Below are positions 55,065 through 64,000 of a DNA stretch of 64,000 bases, in pieces. Below the pieces are notes generated by a model. That model ran no database searches. It saw only the letters and a program-made list of their open reading frames with translations, and had not been told where the DNA came from. The DNA is taken from positions 224,001 to 288,000 of the forward strand of contig JBFMAF010000036.1 in the NCBI GenBank assembly GCA_040755995.1, given 5' to 3'. Source of the stretch: Acidobacteriota bacterium. GTDB taxonomy: Bacteria > Acidobacteriota > CAIWXX01. A program made the translations under genes and the position numbers. The first letter of the stretch is position 1. Every line of letters begins with the position of its first letter.

Positions 55065-56927
55065 ATGTCCACTTCATCCACGGGGCGGGATCCGGGGCCA
55101 CTGGGGGGCGCCCCGGGTGTGGCGGGGCGCAGCGTGCCGGGCGGTTCCACACAATCCACGCAGGGCCAGCAATTGCCGCTCTCGCAGGTCGAGGGGGGCT
55201 TCGAAGGCGAGGAGACGAGGCCGCTTGCCAGTGGCAGGCACAGCGCCGTCTCGTCGCTGCTGGCGGATCTGGCGAAGACGGCGCGATCGTTCACTCTGTA
55301 CGATCCTCGCAACGATGCCATCCGTCAGTTCCTGGCTTCCTTGAACGAGAGTCTCTCGAGAACGCTCGAGAGCGAGGGCACCGTGCGGATCGACGTTCAG
55401 CCCTTCGAGATGGGCTTCGAAGGGGAGGTTGTGTATCTGAACAAGGATAGAGACCGCAGCCTTGCGTTCCGGCTCTATCGCGACGGTGTCCGGTGCATCA
55501 CAATCCGTCCCGGATTCACTTGGGACGAGCTGCTGGAGCTCCTCCAAATACTCTCCATCCGGTACGTAGGCGTCCATCAGCACGAAGACGATATGGTCAC
55601 TCTGCTCTGGAAGGCTAATTTCCAGCATATGGATGTGGCGGCCGTCGAGGGCTTCACACCGAGCGAGGATGGGACGCCCCAGGACGATAGAGGGTTGGCA
55701 AACGGCAAACCCGCGGGATCGGACGACGTTGACGGAGCCATGCCACAGGAGCTCCTCGCAACGATGGAAGAGGTGCCGCAATTCTCCCGGCCCTACGAAC
55801 CCGTCGCCTGGGTGAGCGTCGCTCCGGAACGACTGCAGGAGATTCGAGGGGAAGCGTCGGACCACACACTCCCGACTTCGTGCAATGCCCTTCTGAAGCA
55901 CACCTGCACGTTTCTGCGCGACCCTGACGCTGCCTGGCGTTTCGCGGAGGTGTCGCACCTGTTCGCGGAGGTCCGCGATTTCCTGCTGGCCGGCGAGCGG
56001 CTTCCTGATCTCGAGAAACTGGTCGACATGTTGGATGGGCTGGCCACAGGTCCGCCTCCACCGTGGGACCCCGGGAGACGCGATGCGGTGCTTCAAGTGT
56101 TGAGCGGATGCCGGGAAAGGCGCGCCATCAAAAGGCTGTTACACACCACGGCGGTGGCTCACCGCGTTGTCCCGCCCGAGCTGGTCCGGTTGGTGGGGCG
56201 TCTTTGCAGTGATCCGGTGGAGGTGGTGATGGAGACGCTGGTGGAGGAGCGGAGTCCGGCGGCCCGCGCGCTCGCCAGGCAGCTGCTGGAACACTTCGGG
56301 CGGAATCGAGTGGAGGAGCTGCGTGCGCGCTTCGCGAAGCTGCCCGGAAGCATGGCCAGTGACCTCCTTCGGGTCCTCGCGCACATCGACCTGGACAACT
56401 CCGCGATGTTCATCGCCCGGCAGTCCTGGCACACCGACCCCGGTGTTCAAGACGAGGCGCTGTGGCACCTGGAGAACATTCCCTATTCGGGCCCCCTCGG
56501 CAGGCACCTCTTCGAGGCCGCCTGCAGGCTCGATCCGTCACGGCGTGTTCGGGTTTTCAAGCTGATCTTGCAGAGCAAAGACCCGCGTTTTGTCGATCGA
56601 ATGGCCCGGCACATCGAGCAGCAGGGGGACGTGATTTCTCCGCAGGATGCTGAGGAGCTCGGGAGGGTGATGGGGCGGCTCGGAGGCACATCTCGGGTCC
56701 CGCTCTGGAAGGCGTGGCTCACCCCGGCCGGCTGGATACGCAAGATCTTGCGAGGCCCGATGGCGTGCCAGATCGCCGCGGCCGGGGCGCTCAGCGAGAT
56801 TCGCAGTGAGGAGGTGCGGGCGATTCTGGAGGAAGCGGCGGCCTGTGCGAAGGGTAGCCCGGTCTTGGAATGGATCGAGCGCTCGATAGAGAGGTGGGAG
56901 GCCGGCGCAGGGAGGAAATCGAAGTGA
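55065..56927 (+). CDS. Hypothetical protein with a HEAT-like helical C-terminal half
   Basis: 620 aa; TLYDPRN...LAFRLYRDGVR N-domain followed by helical repeats; GTGA-coupled to the next gene. Confidence 0.75.
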   Translation: MSTSSTGRDPGPLGGAPGVAGRSVPGGSTQSTQGQQLPLSQVEGGFEGEETRPLASGRHSAVSSLLADLAKTARSFTLYDPRNDAIRQFLASLNESLSRTLESEGTVRIDVQPFEMGFEGEVVYLNKDRDRSLAFRLYRDGVRCITIRPGFTWDELLELLQILSIRYVGVHQHEDDMVTLLWKANFQHMDVAAVEGFTPSEDGTPQDDRGLANGKPAGSDDVDGAMPQELLATMEEVPQFSRPYEPVAWVSVAPERLQEIRGEASDHTLPTSCNALLKHTCTFLRDPDAAWRFAEVSHLFAEVRDFLLAGERLPDLEKLVDMLDGLATGPPPPWDPGRRDAVLQVLSGCRERRAIKRLLHTTAVAHRVVPPELVRLVGRLCSDPVEVVMETLVEERSPAARALARQLLEHFGRNRVEELRARFAKLPGSMASDLLRVLAHIDLDNSAMFIARQSWHTDPGVQDEALWHLENIPYSGPLGRHLFEAACRLDPSRRVRVFKLILQSKDPRFVDRMARHIEQQGDVISPQDAEELGRVMGRLGGTSRVPLWKAWLTPAGWIRKILRGPMACQIAAAGALSEIRSEEVRAILEEAAACAKGSPVLEWIERSIERWEAGAGRKSK

Positions 56928-58387
56928 GCACGATCTCGACTGGGGTCGCGGGCCTCGAGCAGGCTCTGGCTCGCGCCGCACTCTCGGATGACCGGGAGCT
57001 GGCGGCGAAGGTGCGCGAGGATGGCAGACGGTTCGTGTTTCTATTGGGCGGGCTCATGCGCATGAGCCGGCTTTACGATCCAGAGAATTCTGCCTACATC
57101 TCCCCGTCCAACGACGCCGCCGCGGCCTTGGCTGGACTTGTCGAGCTTCTCGGCGCGGTCCACATAGTGTGCGTCGAGGACCAGATCTACATCAACGACA
57201 TCCGCCTGCGCGTGGCCGCGTCGGAGCAGGCGGTGGCCGACAGTTTCATTGCGAGTCTTGCGGCGCACAAGGTTGGAGGGCTGTCGCTTCACCGCGGGCT
57301 GCGCCCAGACCAGGTGAAGCACCTGGCCATGACCCTGGCGCGTCCCCAGGCAACCTCGGTTCACCCCCTTCAGAGTATCCGCTCTCACCTGGCCTCGCTC
57401 ACCTCTGTCGAGGTGACGGGAGAATACCGTTTCAGGGTCGCGGGCGAAGGGGAGAAGAAGAAGAGGGACATGGGCGCGGCGCTCGGGCAATGCGACGCAG
57501 TCATAAAGGAGGCACTGAAGAACCTGGGTGCAGATCGCATGCCCAACCCTTTGCCTGTCAGACGCTCGGTGATCGAACTGCTCGAAGCCATCCGCGCAGA
57601 CCCGAACGAAGCCCTGGCTTCTTTGCGGCGCAGGCAGGCGGGAATCGCCGGCCAGCAGCATCTGGTTGCGGTCTCCAGCCAGGCAATGCTTCTCGGCCAG
57701 GCACTCGGGCTGTCTGATGCCGACTTGAGCGATCTTGGAGTGGCCGCGATGCTGCACGACGTCGGCGCGATCACTTGCCCCGACCGGACAGGCCACGCGG
57801 CGGCCGGCGCGCGAATCCTCCTGCGGCAGCGCGGCTTCCACGAGGCAAAGGTCCGCCGCCTCCTGCTAGTCCTGGAACATCATCTCCCTTATGTTCAGTC
57901 CGGAGAAAGGGGCGTCGCGCGGGACGACATTCCGTCGCTCTTCGCCCGCATAGTACATATTGTTGACGACTACGACGTCCTCACGGCCTCGCTCCCCGGC
58001 AAGGTCCCCGCGATGGTGCCTGCCAGGGCTCTCGGCCTCATGTGGGCGGCGCATACGTACGACCCGGACCTCCTAGCCCTGTTCGTTCAGCTGATGGGTC
58101 GCTTGCCTCCGGGCTCTCTCCTCGAGCTTTCGGACGGCAGGTGGGCGGTCAGCGTTTCGGGCGGACGGGACCGCGAGCGATTCACGTGGCCCGTCGTCCG
58201 AATCGTACGCTGCGCGGACGGAACGCCGCCCACGGTGCCCGAAACGATCGACCTGTATGAGTCGCGGGCAAGCCTCCGGCCCAAACGCCTGCTGGATCCG
58301 ACAGCCCGCGAGCAGCGGGATCTCCAGGGCTTGGTCGAGGGTGCACTGAAGCCTCGGCCCGCGCCCGATTCAAGCCCTCCCGCGTGA
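56924..58387 (+). CDS. HD-domain phosphohydrolase (HD-GYP-like, GYP motif absent)
   Basis: AAMLHDVG, LEHH, FARIVHIVDDYD, YDPDLLALF, PPGSLLELSDG. Confidence 0.8.
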   Translation: MSTISTGVAGLEQALARAALSDDRELAAKVREDGRRFVFLLGGLMRMSRLYDPENSAYISPSNDAAAALAGLVELLGAVHIVCVEDQIYINDIRLRVAASEQAVADSFIASLAAHKVGGLSLHRGLRPDQVKHLAMTLARPQATSVHPLQSIRSHLASLTSVEVTGEYRFRVAGEGEKKKRDMGAALGQCDAVIKEALKNLGADRMPNPLPVRRSVIELLEAIRADPNEALASLRRRQAGIAGQQHLVAVSSQAMLLGQALGLSDADLSDLGVAAMLHDVGAITCPDRTGHAAAGARILLRQRGFHEAKVRRLLLVLEHHLPYVQSGERGVARDDIPSLFARIVHIVDDYDVLTASLPGKVPAMVPARALGLMWAAHTYDPDLLALFVQLMGRLPPGSLLELSDGRWAVSVSGGRDRERFTWPVVRIVRCADGTPPTVPETIDLYESRASLRPKRLLDPTAREQRDLQGLVEGALKPRPAPDSSPPA

Positions 58388-58696
58388 GCCGCGCAGAATC
58401 TCGCCGGAGCCAGCCCACGGAATCCGCGGCCCGGATCACAGGAGACATTTCAAGAGATCTCGCCAGCGTGGGGGCGCCGGAGGAAGAACGACTGCTTCGG
58501 ACGCTTGAGGAGTCGTGGGACTATCTGCATTCTTACAGGAACGTTGGCCGGCACCGTCGAGTCGTGATGCTGCCACAGCGGCGTTGCTCGACGAAGGGAG
58601 GTCACCCTCCATCATCGCCCGCAGAACCTTCTCCAAGGCTCTCGCGTACTTAAGGGCGAGTGACCGTGACGGACCGAGAGAAATGAAAGGAACACC

Positions 58697-60034
58697 ATGA
58701 GACCGCGAGATTCACTCTGCCTTGCGTTGTTGACGGCGTGCCTCGCCGCGCTTTCTCTGCCCACGTGCGTCATCGGGCAGGATTCGGCCACACCCGCGCC
58801 CGCCGCCATCTCGCATTTCGATCCAGTGGCCGCGACGAATGCGTATCTGGCAACCGTGCCGCCCGACAAACGGGCTCGTTCCGACGCGTATTTCGAAGGC
58901 GGATACTGGCTGCAGTTGTGGGATTTCCTGCTGGGAGCTGGCGTAGCGCTCATCCTGCTTGCCGGCAGATTCTCAGCTCGGATGCGGGACCTGGCCGAGA
59001 GGCTCACGCGCCGGAAGCCGCTCCAAACGCTTGCTTACTGGATTCAGTATCTGCTCGTCATCACGATCGTTCTCTTTCCGATGACCGTCTACGAGGGGTT
59101 TTTCCGCGAGCACAAGTACGGGCTGGCGACTCAGAACTTCGGCTCGTGGATGGGCGATCAGCTGAAGGGCATCCTCGTCGGGCTTGTTCTCGGCGGTATC
59201 ATTGTCGCCGTCCTTTACGGCGTTGTCAGGAAGCTGCAGCGCACGTGGTGGCTCTGGGGGGCGGTTGTCTCGATAGTGTTTCTCGCTCTTGTGCAGCTGA
59301 TCGCTCCGATCTACATATCGCCGCTCTTCAACAAGTACACCAGGCTCACCGATCCAGCGGTCCGCGACCCAATACTGAGGCTGGCCCATTCCAATGGGAT
59401 CGAAGCAGATGATGTGTATGTCATGGACGCGTCAAGACAGACGACGCGCATCTCCGCCAACGTAAGCGGCTTTCTAGGAACCGAGCGGATTACGCTCAAC
59501 GACAACCTGCTGAATCGCTGCTCGCTCGGCGAGGTCGAAACTGTGATGGCTCACGAAATCGGTCATGCCGTCTTGCACCATGTTTACGGCGGGCTCTTTT
59601 TCTTTTCCGTGATCCTGGCAATCGGTTTTGCCTACCTGCGATGGGCATTCGACTGGGTGGTGAAACGGAAGGGGACGGCCTGGGGTATCAGGGGAATCGG
59701 GGACGTGGCCGGCCTGCCCCTTGTCGTGCTCCTGTTCTCGATCTTCTTCTTCGTCCTGACGCCAATCATCAATACGTACGTGCGGACGATAGAGGCCGAG
59801 GCGGACCTGTTCGCGTTGAATGCGGCCCGCCAACCCGATGCCGAGGCGCTGGTTGACCTGAAGCTCGGGGAGTACAGAAAGCTGGATCCGGGACCGATCG
59901 AGGAGTTCCTTTTCTTCGACCATCCGAGCGGCCGGAGCAGGATCTTCATGGCGATGCGGTGGAAGGCCTTCAACAAGGCGGCCGCAGCACAGGCGGGCGC
60001 GCCCGCCACTTCGCAGAATCAGCGAATGCAGTAG
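58697..60034 (+). CDS. M48 family (Ste24-like) membrane zinc metalloprotease
   Basis: VMDASRQT..NA, AHEIGH, EAEADLFA, DHPSGRSRI, multiple TM segments. Confidence 0.94.
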   Translation: MRPRDSLCLALLTACLAALSLPTCVIGQDSATPAPAAISHFDPVAATNAYLATVPPDKRARSDAYFEGGYWLQLWDFLLGAGVALILLAGRFSARMRDLAERLTRRKPLQTLAYWIQYLLVITIVLFPMTVYEGFFREHKYGLATQNFGSWMGDQLKGILVGLVLGGIIVAVLYGVVRKLQRTWWLWGAVVSIVFLALVQLIAPIYISPLFNKYTRLTDPAVRDPILRLAHSNGIEADDVYVMDASRQTTRISANVSGFLGTERITLNDNLLNRCSLGEVETVMAHEIGHAVLHHVYGGLFFFSVILAIGFAYLRWAFDWVVKRKGTAWGIRGIGDVAGLPLVVLLFSIFFFVLTPIINTYVRTIEAEADLFALNAARQPDAEALVDLKLGEYRKLDPGPIEEFLFFDHPSGRSRIFMAMRWKAFNKAAAAQAGAPATSQNQRMQ

Positions 60035-60045
60035 TCAGCTTTGTG

Positions 60046-62408
60046 GAGGGAGGCGCCCAGGAGCGCCGCACCGAGATCCTGGCACGCCTGACGCTCTTAC
60101 GGCTGAGAACTCTGGATGACCCTCGTGTAGGTGACGTTGCCGCTTTCGTCCATGTTCTGCGCGGTGGCGGTGTCACCGTCGATGGTCCACAGGGTCCAGC
60201 GGCCGTTTCCGGTCCGGACGCATCCGGAGGCTCCATCCAGCCACTGGACGATCCCCCCCACGGTGAAGCTGTCGTCGAAGATGTGAACGTGGCCGCAGAT
60301 GTAAGCGTCCACGCCGTGGGCTTGTAGGACCTGCCAGAACCTGTCCCGCTGGCTCTTGTACGTGCCGAGAGAAGCCACGCCGAGCCACGCTGGGCATGTG
60401 AGGATGGCTCCGTCGGCCCCCACGGCGGTGTACTCCGATGCCTTCAGTTCGTCAGGGAACCAGTGTTCGATCCCCAGGAGGTTCGACCTGGTGCCGGAAT
60501 TCTGGGAGACCCATTCGACACCGTCCTCGGAGGTGAGCACCGCGCCCCCGTCCCCCATGACGACAAAAATGTGTGCGCAGGTGACCGCGTTCAAGTTGGA
60601 TGATACACCCGAGACCTGCGGACTCCACCTCAGGGTGTCCTGGGATGTCAGGATGGTCCCCGCATCCCCCACGGCTGCGAAGAGGGGCATCCCACTGGCG
60701 GAGCCGCTGGTGACACCGCCGAGGTCCGCCGTCGTGGGTGAGGCCTGGGCCGTCCACGTCTTGGCATCGTGGGACGTCAGGATCGTCCCGCCGTTACCCA
60801 CCGCAATGTAGTATGTGTGACCGCCCTCCGTGGCGCCTTGCGTGACGGCGTTGAGGTTGTGGTTCGTGCCGGAGGTTTCGGCGGTCCATGTGACGCCGTC
60901 GGGGGAAGTGAGGATCGTGCCATCATTGCCCACGGCAACGTAGAGAGTGCTACCCGAGAAGACACCGTTTAGATGGTGCACCGTGCCGGAGGCGCGCTGC
61001 GTCCAGGTGCTTCCGGTGAGCGGGCAGGTCAAGATCGTGCCGGAGTCGCCCACGGCAACCAGAAGGGAGCCGGCGGCCACTCCCCGCAGCGTGGCGGTGG
61101 TTCCCGAAGTCTGTGCTGTCCAGTTCACGCCGTCCTCTGACGACAGGATCGTGCCGGACGACCCGACGGCCGCCCGGTTGGCGACGGCGTACAGGGTGGA
61201 CTGCGTTCCCGAGTGGCTGGCGGTCCACCGGATCCCATCCGGCGCCCACGCCTCGGGGTGCCCGAAGACGAAGATGTGGCGGACGAGCGCCTGCTGGGCC
61301 GCCGCGAGGTCCGCGTCCAGCCAGTCGATGACCGCGTCGTGCAGGTCGTAGAGATCGTCGTAGGAGGTCTTCGCGTTCGCGTCATAATGACAGGCGTCAA
61401 TGGAGGCCACGTGGGTGTTCTGGTAGGTGAAGGAAAAGGCCGTTCCGAGATAGCCCGGTGGGCCGTTCTGCGGCTGGCCCGGAAACTCCTGGTTGAAGAG
61501 CGAGTAAGGATCAAACGCAGGCGTACAGGAAGCGTCGTTCCCCGATCCCAGGCCGCTGCAAGCGGGGTGCATCTCATGGTTTCCGGGGCTGATTGTGAAG
61601 GGGTACTGAGTGAAGGCGGCCGTTTCGATCAGCGGCTGGATCGCAGCTTTGAACACGCTGTACATCTGCTGGGTGGTGGCCAGGTCGCTGTTCCCGTAGA
61701 AGAGGTCCCCCACGTGGATCGTGAAGGCCGGCCTCTTGGCGATGGCCGCGTTCACGATGTTCTGGAAGGATGGCGTCACATGCTGCGAATCGTCCTCCGC
61801 GGACCCACCCCGGTTGTCCCCCATGTCCGCAAACGTGAAGGGAGCATCGCTGTAATCAGCCGTCGTGAAGGTGTGATCCCTGGACTTGGCTCTTCCAGTC
61901 TTCACCTTGTAGTGGAAAGTCGTGTTCTGTGGCAGGCGGGTGATTTCCACGGAGTGATCCAACGTAGCCGCCCTTTCGGTGCGGGTCTTGGAGTAATGGC
62001 CCTTACTCGTTCCCCACTTGACCGACCCCGCCTTGGCCTTGTCCGTCGTCCACGTCACAGTGACCTTGCTTCCGGAGATCTTGTGGACTTCGGGTCCGTG
62101 CGTGATATGAATTCTGCTTCCGGTTTGGGCTATGAGAGGCAGTCCTGCTATCGATACCAGGACTCCCGCGGCCACGAGCGCCATGGAAAGCCACCTCAAG
62201 CTACGTGATCCACAATTCTGACTGACGGTCGTCCCCCGGTGCACCCTTCGCTCTCTCATGCGTCGCGTGCCTCCCTGAAGCAATGTTATCACGCCTACAC
62301 CGCCGCGGCTACGAGTCTTCAGCGGTTCGGGCCGTAGTCAGTTGACTGCGCGACGTCGAGGGAAGCGCCCAGGAGCGCCCTGCCGAGATCCTGGCACGCC
62401 AGACGCTC
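60046..62408 (+). repeat. 51-bp imperfect direct repeats (60046-60096 and 62358-62408) flanking the metallophosphoesterase gene
   Basis: GAGGGA(G/A)GCGCCCAGGAGCGCC(GCA/CTG)CCGAGATCCTGGCACGCC(T/A)GACGCTC, 46 of 51 identical; each copy has GTAGTCAG a short distance upstream. Confidence 0.85.
60097..62259 (-). CDS. Secreted purple-acid-phosphatase-like metallophosphoesterase with an FN3 domain and an inserted BNR/YCF48-like repeat region
   Basis: Signal-like segment, FN3, MGDNR, VGDLF, PGNHE, VFGH, CGHVH, and repeated AVGxxGTILTSxDGxxW. Confidence 0.88.
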   Translation of the reverse strand: MRERRVHRGTTVSQNCGSRSLRWLSMALVAAGVLVSIAGLPLIAQTGSRIHITHGPEVHKISGSKVTVTWTTDKAKAGSVKWGTSKGHYSKTRTERAATLDHSVEITRLPQNTTFHYKVKTGRAKSRDHTFTTADYSDAPFTFADMGDNRGGSAEDDSQHVTPSFQNIVNAAIAKRPAFTIHVGDLFYGNSDLATTQQMYSVFKAAIQPLIETAAFTQYPFTISPGNHEMHPACSGLGSGNDASCTPAFDPYSLFNQEFPGQPQNGPPGYLGTAFSFTYQNTHVASIDACHYDANAKTSYDDLYDLHDAVIDWLDADLAAAQQALVRHIFVFGHPEAWAPDGIRWTASHSGTQSTLYAVANRAAVGSSGTILSSEDGVNWTAQTSGTTATLRGVAAGSLLVAVGDSGTILTCPLTGSTWTQRASGTVHHLNGVFSGSTLYVAVGNDGTILTSPDGVTWTAETSGTNHNLNAVTQGATEGGHTYYIAVGNGGTILTSHDAKTWTAQASPTTADLGGVTSGSASGMPLFAAVGDAGTILTSQDTLRWSPQVSGVSSNLNAVTCAHIFVVMGDGGAVLTSEDGVEWVSQNSGTRSNLLGIEHWFPDELKASEYTAVGADGAILTCPAWLGVASLGTYKSQRDRFWQVLQAHGVDAYICGHVHIFDDSFTVGGIVQWLDGASGCVRTGNGRWTLWTIDGDTATAQNMDESGNVTYTRVIQSSQP

Positions 62409-62841
62409 GCCCGTGTCCCAGAGCACCACGGTGTGGCTCTTGACCAGGCAGGCGACAACCCCAGTGACCCGGTCCCGCGGGAGGAAGCGGCAGCTCACGA
62501 GCAATGGGAAGTCGCCGGCGGCCCGACACTATAGAGGACCCCTCGTCGTTCGTTGCAGAGGTAGGGCCTCCCGCTGGTCCCAGGCTTGCGAGGCGCCCGC
62601 TATTGGTGCTGCTTGCCCGACCGTTGTCGAGCAGATAGACCGAAGCTCCGGGCGCGTAATTGCTGCTTGCCAGGGGTGCGAACCTGCCTACCGATGCCAC
62701 GCACGGCAAGCGGAGGAGCTGGCCGCGACCGTGTAGGCCGGCGGAGCACGCCACGTGGCTGCGACCGCCAGATTGGCCAATTCTCTCACGGATTCCGCTC
62801 TTGAAAGTGTGACGATCACAACAATCGAGAAGGAGTGGCAC

Positions 62842-64000
62842 ATGAGAAAGCGGACGGTTGTTTGCGCGTTGAGCCTGTTGGCCTTGGCGGCTGGCGCCAG
62901 GTACCTCATGGTGAGGGCCGATCCGGGGCGGCATCATCCAGCGGGACACTCACATGGTGGAACCGGGGATATCGCCAAACTTGAGCAGGAATCGAGGGAG
63001 AGGGGCTACGGCGGCATGTTCCTGTGCCGGAAAACGGCAGGGGGCGTAGTTCAGGAGCTTCTCGGCCGCTTCACCTCCGACGCCCGAAGCGGATTCGAAA
63101 ACGCGGTCATCACTTTCGTGAAGGAGCAGAAGAGCCTGTTCGAGATACGCGATATGGATGCGGAATTCGAGAAGAAGTATGTATCTACGGACGGCCAAGG
63201 CATGATGCACCTGCGGATGCGCCAGATGTATAGAGGCCTACCCGTGCTCGACCGTGTCCTGATTGCCCGCGCGGACCGTGATGGATGTCTCAACTGGATA
63301 TGGACCAACTATCGGCCTTCGATCGACATATCCACCAGCCCAGTGGTGTCCCCCGAGAGCGCCGTCGAGAGCATTCGGGCCAGGAACGAGGCGGCGGATT
63401 CCAGAATGGCCCAGACAGACTTGGCGATATACGTCAACGACAGGCAGCGCCCAACACTAGTGCATCGCATATGGATGGGAATTGGGCTGGGTGCCTTCGA
63501 GTACCTGGTCGACGCGACCAACGGGAGGATCCTCGAGAAGACCCCCCTTTTCCGAACCGCGGCGACAAAGGGGACAGGGAGAAACGCACTGGGCCAGACC
63601 ATCACCAATCTGAACATGTGGCAAAGAGAGGACTTCCCTCGCGACGCAGATTGGGACAGCGAGATGATGGCGGCGAGGAAGGGCGCCTTCAACCTCGTCG
63701 ACCTCAGCAAGCCAAGACTTGGCGCCATATACACCATGACATGTTACAGGACGTGGTACAACCCCTGGGATTTCGTACGAAGTGCAAACAATCAGTTCTT
63801 CTCGGCCACCAGGTCCGACTCGCATCCGAGGGGTGTGAGCGTGCACGACTATTTCAGGCGGACGCTGGACTATTTCGACCATGAGCATCTCCGGAACGGG
63901 ATGGATGACCAGGGGCAGAATGTGATCGCGACCGTCGACACGGGTGACGATCCGAGAACGGGTGGTGATGAGAGTGCGAACGCCGCGTGGGAGAGTCGGT
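62842..64000 (+). CDS. M4 (thermolysin-family) preprometalloprotease, 3'-truncated by the window edge and absent from the ORF track
   Basis: AGGAG RBS, signal peptide MRKRTVVCALSLLALAAG, FTP-like HLRMRQMYRGLPV, PepSY-like YLVDATNGRIL, then RNGMDDQG...NAAW. Frame stays open to the end of the window. Confidence 0.87.
   Translation, partial: MRKRTVVCALSLLALAAGARYLMVRADPGRHHPAGHSHGGTGDIAKLEQESRERGYGGMFLCRKTAGGVVQELLGRFTSDARSGFENAVITFVKEQKSLFEIRDMDAEFEKKYVSTDGQGMMHLRMRQMYRGLPVLDRVLIARADRDGCLNWIWTNYRPSIDISTSPVVSPESAVESIRARNEAADSRMAQTDLAIYVNDRQRPTLVHRIWMGIGLGAFEYLVDATNGRILEKTPLFRTAATKGTGRNALGQTITNLNMWQREDFPRDADWDSEMMAARKGAFNLVDLSKPRLGAIYTMTCYRTWYNPWDFVRSANNQFFSATRSDSHPRGVSVHDYFRRTLDYFDHEHLRNGMDDQGQNVIATVDTGDDPRTGGDESANAAWESR

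Overview
High-GC bacterial DNA in three parts. (1) 1-34.2 kb is the 3' part of a nonribosomal peptide gene cluster: three NRPS genes (the first runs in from outside the window), a free-standing type I-like TE, a membrane-anchored penicillin-acylase-family Ntn hydrolase, MbtH, an MFS exporter, a PLP fold-type II racemase/dehydratase and a type II TE. A-domain codes read by manual alignment to GrsA predict ...X-X-Gly-Gly-Lys(Arg) for NRPS1, where X is a Lys2/McyB2/McyE-like side-chain-activated acidic residue, and Ala-Ala-Val/Ile-Pro/Pip for NRPS2+NRPS3. The line is not colinear: NRPS2 restarts with an A-T initiation module, and NRPS3 ends in an orphan C domain, a dead A-subdomain and a docking helix that is repeated at the start of the TE. 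This suggests a convergent or branched peptide. (2) 34.2-45.7 kb holds mixed genes: a decayed toxin-antitoxin pair, Lrp + EamA, an atypical Hsp70, a GT-C/TPR protein, a cupin, two paralogous TM-HEAT proteins around a GPP34/GOLPH3 gene, and a DMT transporter. (3) 45.8-64 kb holds a teneurin-like Rhs toxin with a candidate immunity gene, a mosaic of XRE, RAYT and integrase fragments with 32-bp repeats, a HEAT-like/HD-domain pair, an M48 peptidase, a repeat-flanked metallophosphoesterase with an inserted propeller, and the start of an M4 peptidase. No rRNA, tRNA or CRISPR array was seen. All family calls come from motif recognition, not database searches.
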